Shown here one piece after another: positions 38,536 through 47,326 of a stretch of DNA of 64,000 nucleotides. Source of the DNA: Minisyncoccota bacterium. Lineage in GTDB: Bacteria; Patescibacteriota; Minisyncoccia; JBAYJV01. The stretch spans positions 361,183 to 425,182 of the forward strand of contig JBAYJV010000001.1 in NCBI GenBank assembly GCA_041664925.1, read 5' to 3'. How positions within the stretch are numbered: the first letter of the stretch is position 1; every line of letters starts with the position of its first letter. The translations under genes and the position numbers were made by a program. The notes below the pieces were generated by a model, which searched no databases, was not told where the DNA came from, and worked only from the letters and a program-made list of their open reading frames with translations.

Positions 38536-38802
38536 ATGTTATCAATTAAAAAGAAATCTTCTATTATCTCATCTTTCCAAAGTCACAAAACTGATACTGG
38601 ATCATCTCAGGTTCAGGCGGCAATTTTAACGGAAAAAATTAAAGAGTTAACCAAGCATTTAAAAAAGAACCCAAAAGACAATCATTCCAGGAGAGGTCTT
38701 CTTAAAATGGTTGCCAGAAGGAAGAAGTTGCTTGAATACGTGGCTAAAAAGGACGAAAAAGGGCACAAAACAATAATTGAGAAGTTAGGAATCGGCAAAT
38801 AA
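38536..38802 (+). CDS. rpsO: 30S ribosomal protein S15
   Basis: ...GSSQVQAAILTEKIKELTKHLKKNPKDNHSRRGLLKMVARRKKLLEYV... The ORF-track start at 38470 is an upstream extension; MLSIKKK is the likely start. Confidence 0.85.
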   Translation: MLSIKKKSSIISSFQSHKTDTGSSQVQAAILTEKIKELTKHLKKNPKDNHSRRGLLKMVARRKKLLEYVAKKDEKGHKTIIEKLGIGK

Positions 38803-38817
38803 TTTCGTTTTTAAACT

Positions 38818-39348
38818 ATGATTCCTCTTTTATTTCAGAAAAGAATTCAGCACAATGATCAGAGAGTTGCTGTTTTAATAGATGTTCAGAATATGTATCA
38901 TTCTGCCAAACATCTATTTAGGGCAAGAGTTAATTTTCAAGAAGTTCTTAAAGAGGCAGTAGCTGGAAGGCGATTAGTAAGAGCGATAGGCTATGTGGTT
39001 GAGAGTGAAACAGCAGAAGAAAAGTCATTTTTTGAAGCCCTTTTAAAACAAGGAATTGAACTGCGATCAAAAGATCTTCAAGTTTTTTATGGTGGACTAA
39101 AAAAGGCTGATTGGGATGTTGGTATTACTTTAGATGCGGTTAATTTGTCCTCAAGCGTTGATGTTATAGTCTTAATTTCTGGCGATGGGGACTTTATTCC
39201 TCTTGTTGATTATTTAAAAAATAGAGGAAAAATAGTTGAGGTAGTAGCCTTTGCTAAAAGCGCATCAAGTAAACTTCAACATGAAGCTCATAACTTCGTT
39301 GATTTGGGATCTGATCCAAAAAGATTTCTTCTCAAAAGTAGAAATTAA
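38818..39348 (+). CDS. NYN-domain (LabA-like PIN-fold) protein
   Basis: VAVLIDVQNMYHS ... LISGDGDFIPLV: conserved acidic residues of the NYN/LabA fold. Inserted between rpsO and pnp. Confidence 0.6.
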   Translation: MIPLLFQKRIQHNDQRVAVLIDVQNMYHSAKHLFRARVNFQEVLKEAVAGRRLVRAIGYVVESETAEEKSFFEALLKQGIELRSKDLQVFYGGLKKADWDVGITLDAVNLSSSVDVIVLISGDGDFIPLVDYLKNRGKIVEVVAFAKSASSKLQHEAHNFVDLGSDPKRFLLKSRN

Positions 39349-39452
39349 AAAATTAAATTAATAATATTATATAATTCGTGTTTGAGATTGGTCTGTAAAT
39401 CGGTAGATTAGTTTTTTTCTAACTAGTCTAGAATTTACAGGCGAGTCTCTTA

Positions 39453-41660
39453 ATGAGAATGGAAAAAAGATTTGAAACTAAGCTGGGAGATAAGTCTTTG
39501 GTTATTGAAACAGGACTAGCTCCTCAAGCGGACGCAGCTCTTAAACTGACATACGGAGAAACAGTTGTTTTAGTGACCGCTGTTTTAAGTAAAAACATCA
39601 AAAACGGGGCTGATTATCTTCCTTTAACAGTAGAATATGAGGAGAAAATGTATGCTGCAGGAAGAATGAAAGGATCTCGTTTTATGAAAAGAGAAGGAAA
39701 GGCCACTGACGAGGCTGTTTTAACAGGACGATTAATCGACAGAATCATTAGGCCATGTTTTGACCAGAGAATTCGTAATGATATTCAGGTTGTGGCCACG
39801 GTGTTATCATTTGACGGCATCAATGATCCGGACATTCCGGCAATTATTGGTGCTTCTTTTGTTTTGGGCATATCTAATATTCCATGGAGAGGGCCATTGT
39901 CTGCAGTACGCGTTGGTAAAGTAGATGGTAAATTTATTATTAATCCATCATATGAAGAAAGAGGAGAAAGTCTTATTGATCTAACTTTTGCGAGTGATGG
40001 TGAAGTGATTAATATGATCGAATTTGGATCTAATGGGGCAGACAACAAAGAAATTATGGATGGAATTAAATATGGATTAAAAGAAATTAAACAAAACATT
40101 ACTTTTCAGTCTAGCGTGATAAAAGAAATTGGATTAAAGAAACAGGAAATAGAGTTGGTTGAAATAGATAAAAAAATTACCAAGAAGGCTGAAGAATATC
40201 TAAACAAAAATTTACCGAGTGTTTTTGGGGGAAATAAACTGATGTTCAAGGAAAATCTTGATAAAGTTTACGGTGATTATATTGGATTATTTAAACAAGA
40301 AGCCAAAGAAAGCGATAATCCGTTATCTTTTAAAGATGGGCTTATGGTCTTTTTTGAAAAGAAGGTTGACGAAATGGTTCATATTAATATTCTGAAAAAA
40401 AATGACAGACCCGATGGTCGCAAGTTAGACGAAATAAGGGAACTTGGATGTCAAATTAGTATTTTACCAAGAACTCACGGGTCGGGATTATTCAAGCGAG
40501 GATTAACTCATGTTTTATCAATAGTTACGCTAGCAAATCCCAGCGAAGAACAATTATTAGATGGTATGGAAATTGTTGGAAGCAAGGGTTTTATCCATCA
40601 TTATAATTTTCCACCATTCAGTGTTGGTGAAACTGGACCATTTCGAGGTCCGGGCAGGAGAGAAATAGGTCACGGTGCACTGGCGGAAAAAGCCCTAACG
40701 GCAGTTATGCCAGGTAAAGAAAAATTTCCTTACACGATTAGGATTGTTAGCGAAGTTTTATCATCCAATGGTTCTTCATCAATGGCTTCAACGTGCGGTT
40801 CGACGCTAGCCTTACTAGATGCGGGAGTTCCTATAAAAGAATCAGTAGCTGGCATAGCCATGGGATTAATATTAGACGAAAAAAACACTAATAATTATAA
40901 AATTCTTACAGATATTCAAGGACCAGAAGATCATTACGGTGATATAGATTTAAAAGTAGCTGGCACTAAAGAAAAAGTGACAGCTATGCAGATGGATGTT
41001 AAAATAGAAGGAATTAGCGAGAAAGTCCTAGGAGAAGCACTAGAACAAGCCCACAAGGCAAGAAAAGAAATATTAGGGGTGATGAATAAAACCATTAGTG
41101 TTCCAAGAAACGAGCTTTCTCAATATGCTCCTAAGATAATGACACTAAAAATTGAAAAAGAACAAATAGGAGAGGTTATTGGTGGTGGCGGTAGAACAAT
41201 TAATGGTATAATAGAAAAAACAAGTACAAGTATAGATATTAATGATGATGGAAAAATTTATGTAAGCGGAGAAAAGTTAGAAAATGTCCAGGCAGCAATT
41301 GATATTATTAAGAATATGACTAAAAGATATGAGGCAGGAGAGATTGCAGATGGTGTAATTACTAGAGTTCTTGAATTTGGAGCTTTTGCCAAAATATCTC
41401 CGGTTCATGAGGGATTAATCCATGTTTCTAAACTAGCTCCTTACAGAGTAGAAAATGTTCGTGATATTGTTCATGAGGGAGATCGAGTTAAAGTCGAAGT
41501 AACTGATACGGATGAATTAGGAAGAATCAATTTCAGATTGATAGAAAATTTCGACAGAAAACCAACAAAAAATTCATCAGGCCCGTTTGTTCCAGATAGA
41601 AAAGATGGGTACAGCAAAGGAAGAGGACAAGGCGGAGATTTTAGAAGAAAAAAGTATTAA
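39453..41660 (+). CDS. pnp: polynucleotide phosphorylase
   Basis: Two RNase PH domains, KH and S1 domains (GEIADGVITRVLEFGAFAKI), Arg/Gly-rich C-terminus. Canonical rpsO-pnp linkage. Confidence 0.9.
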   Translation: MRMEKRFETKLGDKSLVIETGLAPQADAALKLTYGETVVLVTAVLSKNIKNGADYLPLTVEYEEKMYAAGRMKGSRFMKREGKATDEAVLTGRLIDRIIRPCFDQRIRNDIQVVATVLSFDGINDPDIPAIIGASFVLGISNIPWRGPLSAVRVGKVDGKFIINPSYEERGESLIDLTFASDGEVINMIEFGSNGADNKEIMDGIKYGLKEIKQNITFQSSVIKEIGLKKQEIELVEIDKKITKKAEEYLNKNLPSVFGGNKLMFKENLDKVYGDYIGLFKQEAKESDNPLSFKDGLMVFFEKKVDEMVHINILKKNDRPDGRKLDEIRELGCQISILPRTHGSGLFKRGLTHVLSIVTLANPSEEQLLDGMEIVGSKGFIHHYNFPPFSVGETGPFRGPGRREIGHGALAEKALTAVMPGKEKFPYTIRIVSEVLSSNGSSSMASTCGSTLALLDAGVPIKESVAGIAMGLILDEKNTNNYKILTDIQGPEDHYGDIDLKVAGTKEKVTAMQMDVKIEGISEKVLGEALEQAHKARKEILGVMNKTISVPRNELSQYAPKIMTLKIEKEQIGEVIGGGGRTINGIIEKTSTSIDINDDGKIYVSGEKLENVQAAIDIIKNMTKRYEAGEIADGVITRVLEFGAFAKISPVHEGLIHVSKLAPYRVENVRDIVHEGDRVKVEVTDTDELGRINFRLIENFDRKPTKNSSGPFVPDRKDGYSKGRGQGGDFRRKKY

Positions 41661-41669
41661 ATTATTACT

Positions 41670-43598
41670 TTGTTACTTTATATGGAGGGAAAAGACGATC
41701 AATCAAAAACTATGCCGATACCTATCGGCAATAAAAAAGATGAAATAAAAACACCGCCAGAAGCGGTGCCTTCAAAAGTGGCTCCACAAAATGTTGGTGA
41801 CAAAATTTTAGAGAGTAGAAATATCTTACAAGACAATACAGACGTACCTTATGACAAAGAAAGTGTTTTAGAAAAAAAAGATAGTTATGAAGTTAGGACA
41901 ATGCAACATGACATTGATGAGGCGAAAGGGAAGAAGCTTAAGTCTGTTAATATAGCTAGAGAGGCGCCAGAAAATTTAGCAAAAAGAGGCGTGATTGCCA
42001 AAGGAGTGGCAATGTCTAATTTTGAAAATTCTAAACTCACCAGACAGGACGTTGAAGAAGGAGTTATAGGTAAGACAGATGAATCAATAAAAATAAAGAA
42101 AACGAAGATTTCTTTTTTGGCCAAAGTAAAGAGTTTTCTGTTCCGCAGGAAAATGGAACAAGAAAACCAACCAAAAAAGACAGGACTAGTTATAGCGCTG
42201 ATTTTGTTAGTTTTTATTGGTGGTGCGGGATATTATCTTTATACCAGCGGTACATTCTCGAGCTTGGGCGATATGCTTCGAAGTCTTTTTGAAGGAGGAG
42301 CACAGCCACCTACACCAACCTCAACTCTGCCATTAGCGACGACTACAACACCTCCGATTCTGCCCAATACTACCAGTTCTACATCAACTCTTCCGATTAT
42401 CCCAACTACAACTTTGGATTTTATAAAGTCTGGATCTTTCTTTAGTCCAGACGAAGAAGAAATTGTCTATATCAACAGACTAGAGGATCTTTATACTGGA
42501 ATACAAGAAAGTTATTACAAAGATCTGGGAAGTGGCAAATTTAGGAGAATTATAGTTGCCGCAAAAAATGATTTTTCTAATCTAAGCTCTAGTGTGAATT
42601 TAGGACAAATTTGGAAAAGCGTTAAGGCCTTAGCTTTAGGTGGCGATAAATACAGCGAATTGGTAAGCGCTGAAGTGGTTGATAATTTAGGATTAGCAAT
42701 GCCTACGAGTGTTTATAAGAATATTTCTGAAAAATATAATATTTTCTTTTACGGACAACCTGACGACAATAGTTCTAGGGTTGTTTTGGTTTTTAAACTG
42801 AACAGTCTTGATGGGGCAGAACAAAGTATGCTTTCGTGGGAAAGTACAATTCTTTATGATTTAAAAAATATTTTCTTGGGCAAAGAGCATGGTATACAAA
42901 GTACAGATACTTTTCAGGATAATTACTATAAAAATACCCATATTCGTTATTTGAATCTTCCAGAACCAACACTGACAATGGATTATACTATTTTCACAGA
43001 AGGAGAATATTTTGTGTTGACTACATCAAGAGAAGCTGCTTGGGCAACGATTGATAAGCTTTTAGGCGAGAAAACTCCCAGCATAGAAGATAATATCGAT
43101 ACTTCTGCTTGGAAAACTTATAAAAACGATCAATATGGATTTGAAATAAAATATCCCGCAAAAGCATTAATAACAACAGACCAGAATGACGAAGAATTTT
43201 CATTAGTAAACATATTCTCAACTTCTAGCAATTCGTCTTTTTTATTCGATGGAGTTACAAATATTGAAATAGATATTGGTGAAAAAAAAGGAGAATATAT
43301 TCTTGATGAAAAATGTATTAGTCCACTAGACATCAGGATAGACGGTGGAGCAAAAGATCTGCAAGCGAACCAGATTGCAGGAATAAATTTTATTAAAGAA
43401 GATGGTTTTGCTGCTACGATGGGGGGTAATGAGACGGCTGCTGAAGTTATAGGGTTTACCACAGAAAAAAACAATGTTTGTATTAGTATAAATTTTATTT
43501 ATAGCGTTAAAAGATATGGAACTAATCTATCATTTGATGATGAGATTAAAGATAAGACAATAAGCTCAACTATGAATACATTTAGGTTCACAGAATAA
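41670..43598 (+). CDS. hypothetical membrane protein: ~170 aa cytoplasmic N-terminus, one TM, Pro/Thr-rich linker, ~400 aa extracytoplasmic domain
   Basis: TM at LVIALILLVFIGGAGYYLY, then PPTPTSTLPLATTTTPPILPNTTSSTSTLPIIPTTT. Confidence 0.3.
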   Translation: MLLYMEGKDDQSKTMPIPIGNKKDEIKTPPEAVPSKVAPQNVGDKILESRNILQDNTDVPYDKESVLEKKDSYEVRTMQHDIDEAKGKKLKSVNIAREAPENLAKRGVIAKGVAMSNFENSKLTRQDVEEGVIGKTDESIKIKKTKISFLAKVKSFLFRRKMEQENQPKKTGLVIALILLVFIGGAGYYLYTSGTFSSLGDMLRSLFEGGAQPPTPTSTLPLATTTTPPILPNTTSSTSTLPIIPTTTLDFIKSGSFFSPDEEEIVYINRLEDLYTGIQESYYKDLGSGKFRRIIVAAKNDFSNLSSSVNLGQIWKSVKALALGGDKYSELVSAEVVDNLGLAMPTSVYKNISEKYNIFFYGQPDDNSSRVVLVFKLNSLDGAEQSMLSWESTILYDLKNIFLGKEHGIQSTDTFQDNYYKNTHIRYLNLPEPTLTMDYTIFTEGEYFVLTTSREAAWATIDKLLGEKTPSIEDNIDTSAWKTYKNDQYGFEIKYPAKALITTDQNDEEFSLVNIFSTSSNSSFLFDGVTNIEIDIGEKKGEYILDEKCISPLDIRIDGGAKDLQANQIAGINFIKEDGFAATMGGNETAAEVIGFTTEKNNVCISINFIYSVKRYGTNLSFDDEIKDKTISSTMNTFRFTE

Positions 43599-43678
43599 TT
43601 TCTAGGTAAAAAATTAACTCGTTTTCTGGCTGAATCTGCGAAAATCTGCTTGCCCTGAGTTTATCGAAGGGTTTAAAT

Positions 43679-43700
43679 GATCCTCAAAAGGATCTTTTTT
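43679..43700 (+). terminator. rho-independent terminator
   Basis: GATCCTCAAAAGGATC hairpin followed by TTTTTT. Confidence 0.55.
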
Positions 43701-43829
43701 GATTCATAATATTTTATTATGCATACCAGAAGTCATTACCAGTCGTGTATTTCATAGAACTGCTCGCAGCGTACCGTAATGGGCGAAGCTCATTTCTGGT
43801 ACGCTGTGGATAACTTGACACATAGACTA

Positions 43830-43858
43830 TTGCACGTGAAACTTTAATATGCTATAAT
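43830..43858 (+). promoter_or_regulatory. sigma70-like promoter: -35 TTGCAC, 17-nt spacer, extended -10 TGcTATAAT
   Basis: Read directly: TTGCAC at 43830-43835, TATAAT at 43853-43858, TG at 43850-43851. Confidence 0.5.
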
Positions 43859-43976
43859 AGAATTGTTAGTGAAACTTTCACTAACAAATAAAGAGGACTG
43901 TTTAGGAGGAATAGTCCTGCGGCTATCTGAGACAACGGATATCACAAAGAGTTCTTTTCAAAACAAGGAGGATAAT

Positions 43977-44129
43977 ATGTGTACTTTTTTCCCTGTCTTG
44001 GGTTGCCGAAGCTGGAGCCTTGGAAAGGAGCCGAGGTTCTTCTTCGAGAGGGCGACGCCCTCAAACATCGTTTTAGTGGCGTTTCGCCCTCTTTTGTTTT
44101 TCCTTTGTTTTTTTACTTGCTTTTTTTAG
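43977..44129 (+). CDS. candidate small ORF (50 aa; Phe/Cys-rich, C-terminal hydrophobic segment) within the leader region upstream of the dksA-like gene
   Basis: AAGGAGG 5 nt upstream of ATG. MCTFFPVLGCRSWSLGKEPRFFFERATPSNIVLVAFRPLLFFLCFFTCFF. Overlaps alternative hairpins and a T-run. Confidence 0.2.
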   Translation: MCTFFPVLGCRSWSLGKEPRFFFERATPSNIVLVAFRPLLFFLCFFTCFF

Positions 44130-44220
44130 AGATAGGATTAAAATGAATTTATATTGAGAATATAGCAGGCTTTTTGATTAAATCGTTCTTAAGTCTGCAT
44201 CTTTTGAATTTTTTAAAAAT

Positions 44221-44679
44221 ATGCCACAGAGAATAATTAAAAAAATACAGGATTTAACAAAACAAGGACTAGAAAAAAGAAAAAAGACTATTCTTGACAA
44301 GAAAGAAAATGTCAAAACATCAAAAAATCAGTATACAAATCAAGAAAAGGTGCTTAAAAAGAAAGAAAAACAGCTTCAAAAGCAGCTGGTTCATATAGCG
44401 CGCAAAAAAAAATCTCTTAAGGGAGATTACAGAGCTCGCTTTCCCTTTTTTGGTCGTGGAAAAGATGAAGATGCTCAAGAGGTGACCCAATATGAATCTA
44501 GGCTTTCACTAGAGCATCAACTGGAGTCTGAGCTTGAAAAAGTTCAAAGAGCTATTAAAAATATTAACGATGGTAAGTATGGGGTTTGTAAGATTTGTGG
44601 AAAAACTATTTCTCACGAGAGATTAAAAATTTATCCTGAAGCGGAACGTTGTATGGAATGTCATAAAAAAGGGTTATAA
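44221..44679 (+). CDS. DksA/TraR-family C4-type zinc-finger protein
   Basis: N-terminal coiled-coil. C-terminal CKICGKTISHERLKIYPEAERCMEC (CxxC-x17-CxxC). Confidence 0.6.
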   Translation: MPQRIIKKIQDLTKQGLEKRKKTILDKKENVKTSKNQYTNQEKVLKKKEKQLQKQLVHIARKKKSLKGDYRARFPFFGRGKDEDAQEVTQYESRLSLEHQLESELEKVQRAIKNINDGKYGVCKICGKTISHERLKIYPEAERCMECHKKGL

Positions 44680-44692
44680 TTAATAAAAAAAC

Positions 44693-44722
44693 AAAGAGTT
44701 TCTTAAAAAGAAACTCTTTTGT
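44693..44722 (+). terminator. rho-independent terminator
   Basis: AAAGAGTTTC-TTAAAAA-GAAACTCTTT followed by TGTATT. Weak T-run. Confidence 0.4.
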
Positions 44723-44781
44723 ATTAGACAGTAAATAAATGATTTGATAAGATTGAAGATTAAGCTCTAATATTTTTACTT

Positions 44782-46320
44782 ATGTCAGCTAAAGTTTTTT
44801 CAGCTGCTATTATTGGTCTTGAAGCTACGCCAATTGAAGTAGAAGTTGATATATCGGGCGGCCTGGCTCTATTTAATATTGTCGGTTTGCCAGATAAGGC
44901 CGTTGAGGAATCAAAAGAAAGAGTTAACGCTGCGCTAAAAAACAGCGGAGCTATTTCTCCCCAAAGCAAAAGCCAAAGAATTACAGTTAACTTAGCGCCT
45001 GCTGATCTAAAAAAACAAGGATCTCTATATGATCTTCCTATTGCAGTTGGGTATTTATTAGCATCAAAACAGGTTAGTTTCTCATCAGAAGGAAAGATTT
45101 TTTGCGGAGAACTGTCTTTAGAAGGAAAACTTCGTCATGTTAATGGGATTTTGGCTGTTGCAGATATGGCTCGTAAGAAAGGATTTGAAGAAATATATGT
45201 TCCAATTGTTGACGCTGAAGAAGCGGCTCTAATACACGACGTTAAGGTTATTCCTGTTCAGAACTTGAAAGAACTTATTAGGCATCTTAAGGGAGAGAAG
45301 TTTATTGTTGAAAGTCCTAAAACAGATATTTTCAAAAGGCTGTCTTTTGAAAAAGACTTTGATGAAAGTCTTGATTTTTCATACATAAAAGGACAAGAGC
45401 ATGCCAAAAGAGCTCTAGAATTAGCAGCGGCCGGTGGTCATAATGTTATCTTTAGTGGCACTCCCGGATCTGGTAAAACTATTTTAGCAAGAAGCTTTTC
45501 AACAATTTTACCGCAAATGGATATTGATGAAGCCCTTGAAGTTACTAGAATATTTAGCGTTGCAGGTCTTTTATCTCCAGACGAACCACTCTTAATAGAG
45601 CGTCCATTTAGGAGTCCTCATCATTCAGCTTCAAGCATTAGTTTGGTTGGAGGAGGAAGTTATCCAAAGCCAGGAGAAGTAACTTTAGCACACAGAGGAG
45701 TTTTGTTTTTGGACGAATTTCCTGAGTTTCCTAGACGAGCCCTTGAAGCTCTAAGACAACCAATGGAGGATGGGTATGTAACTATTTCACGAGCAGCGGG
45801 TACAATAAAATTTCCAGCTAATTTTACTCTTGTAGCAGCGATGAACCCTTGTCCTTGTGGTCATTTAAACGACTCCTCCAAAGAATGTATTTGCACTCCT
45901 TCGCAAGTTGCTCGTTACCAAAGAAGGGTTTCGGGACCAATTTTAGATAGAATTGATATTCATGTTATTGTTTCGAGAGTTAAATATGAAAAATTAACAT
46001 CAGAAAATCAAGAAGAAAACTCAAAAGACATCAGAAAAAGAATAGAAGAAGCAAGAACAGTTCAAAAAGAAAGATTCCAAAATACAAAAACCAAACTTAA
46101 TAGTGACATGAACAATCCTCAAATAAAACAATTCTGCGAACTCGACCTTTCTTCTCAACAATTAATGAAAACCGCAGTCAATCAGTATCATTTATCTGCA
46201 AGAAGCTATTTCAGAATACTAAAAGTAGCTCGCACCATAGCCGATCTAAATAAATCTGGAAATATACAACAAAATCATTTGGCGGAAGCAATTCAGTACA
46301 GGGTTAAAGAGGAAAATTAA
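44782..46320 (+). CDS. comM: YifB/ComM-family Mg-chelatase-like AAA+ ATPase
   Basis: N-terminal Lon-like domain (AAIIGLEATPIEVEVDIS), Walker A GTPGSGKT, Walker B LFLDEFPEF, C-terminal ComM helical domain. Confidence 0.85.
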   Translation: MSAKVFSAAIIGLEATPIEVEVDISGGLALFNIVGLPDKAVEESKERVNAALKNSGAISPQSKSQRITVNLAPADLKKQGSLYDLPIAVGYLLASKQVSFSSEGKIFCGELSLEGKLRHVNGILAVADMARKKGFEEIYVPIVDAEEAALIHDVKVIPVQNLKELIRHLKGEKFIVESPKTDIFKRLSFEKDFDESLDFSYIKGQEHAKRALELAAAGGHNVIFSGTPGSGKTILARSFSTILPQMDIDEALEVTRIFSVAGLLSPDEPLLIERPFRSPHHSASSISLVGGGSYPKPGEVTLAHRGVLFLDEFPEFPRRALEALRQPMEDGYVTISRAAGTIKFPANFTLVAAMNPCPCGHLNDSSKECICTPSQVARYQRRVSGPILDRIDIHVIVSRVKYEKLTSENQEENSKDIRKRIEEARTVQKERFQNTKTKLNSDMNNPQIKQFCELDLSSQQLMKTAVNQYHLSARSYFRILKVARTIADLNKSGNIQQNHLAEAIQYRVKEEN

Positions 46321-46333
46321 TATATTTAATATT

Positions 46334-47326
46334 GTGAACTTAATAAAAAAATCCATTATTTCAACTTTGGCATATGGAGAAACTCGGCAATGGCCATTTA
46401 CTTTTTGGGAAATTTTTCGTTATCTGACAAATCCTAATCGAATTGAACCTGAAAGTAAAAATATAAAAATATCTTTATTGGAATTGATAAGTTATCTTGA
46501 TGAATTAAAAAAGGACGGAATTATTTCAGAGAAAAACGGTTTTTATTTCTTGAGATCAAAGAATCTAGAAAAAAATATAAAAAAAAGAATCACAAGTGAC
46601 AAAATAAGCGATCTTAAAACAAAACTAATTCTAAGAAAAATTCACTACTTATCTTGTTTGCCATTTATTAGAGGAATTTTATTAAGCGGATCTCTTGTTT
46701 TTGGATGGTCTAATCAAGAAAGTGACATAGATCTCTTGATTGTAACCGAAAAGAAGAGAATATGGACAGCTCGTTTTTTTCTTTCTGGTTGTTTAATGTT
46801 ACTTGGAATGAAGCGCACAAAAAAGAGAATTAAAAACAAACTTTGCCTTAATCACTTTATATCCTCAGAGAATTTACAAGTTACGCTTTATAGTCTTTAT
46901 AATGCTGAAACTTACACAAGACTAGTGCCTTTGTGGTTGAACGAAAAACTTTTAAAACAATTTATTGGCGCAAATTCATGGACAAAAGATTATGTTTTTT
47001 GGGGATTTGGTAAATATTATGGAGATTCTAGATATTTTTCAGGAAGTTATTTTCAAATTTTTATCCAGAAAATTTTCGAAATCGCAATACAAATAACTGG
47101 CATTGGACCTGTTTTGGAAAAATTATTGAAATTTTGGCAGATTGATCGTATTAAAAAAGACCCACTAACCAACAAAGAAGGCGGGAGGGTCTCTTTTGAT
47201 AATATGCAGATTGAGTTTCACCCGAATTCTCCAGAAAAAGAAGCAATTGATTTTTATAATAACAAACTAAAATCGTTAGGCCTCTTTGGTTTTAAACCTG
47301 AAGAGAATTCTGGGTTGAAAACATAA
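46334..47326 (+). CDS. Pol-beta-superfamily nucleotidyltransferase domain protein
   Basis: LLSGSLVFGW-x6-SDIDLLIV = G[GS]-x(9-13)-DxD NTase signature. N-terminal ~90 aa possible winged-helix. Confidence 0.4.
   Translation: MNLIKKSIISTLAYGETRQWPFTFWEIFRYLTNPNRIEPESKNIKISLLELISYLDELKKDGIISEKNGFYFLRSKNLEKNIKKRITSDKISDLKTKLILRKIHYLSCLPFIRGILLSGSLVFGWSNQESDIDLLIVTEKKRIWTARFFLSGCLMLLGMKRTKKRIKNKLCLNHFISSENLQVTLYSLYNAETYTRLVPLWLNEKLLKQFIGANSWTKDYVFWGFGKYYGDSRYFSGSYFQIFIQKIFEIAIQITGIGPVLEKLLKFWQIDRIKKDPLTNKEGGRVSFDNMQIEFHPNSPEKEAIDFYNNKLKSLGLFGFKPEENSGLKT

Noticed and set aside
43815-43820. Consensus TTGACA hexamer as the -35 element
   Set aside because: It lies 32 nt upstream of the TATAAT, too far. 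The TTGCAC at 43830 with a 17-nt spacer is the plausible -35.
43600-44220. Known housekeeping ncRNA (RNase P RNA, tmRNA, SRP RNA, 6S) in the GC-rich gap
   Set aside because: Searched by eye for universal motifs (RNase P GGAAAGTCCGGGC / AGGGTGAAA; SRP GGAAGGAAGCAGC; tmRNA tRNA-like 3' end with GGATTCGAC) and found none. Treated as a leader or attenuator instead.
46334-47326. CBASS CD-NTase
   Set aside because: No effector (phospholipase, endonuclease, TM) or ancillary E1/E2/JAB genes adjacent; neighbours are comM and a convergent GT4 gene.
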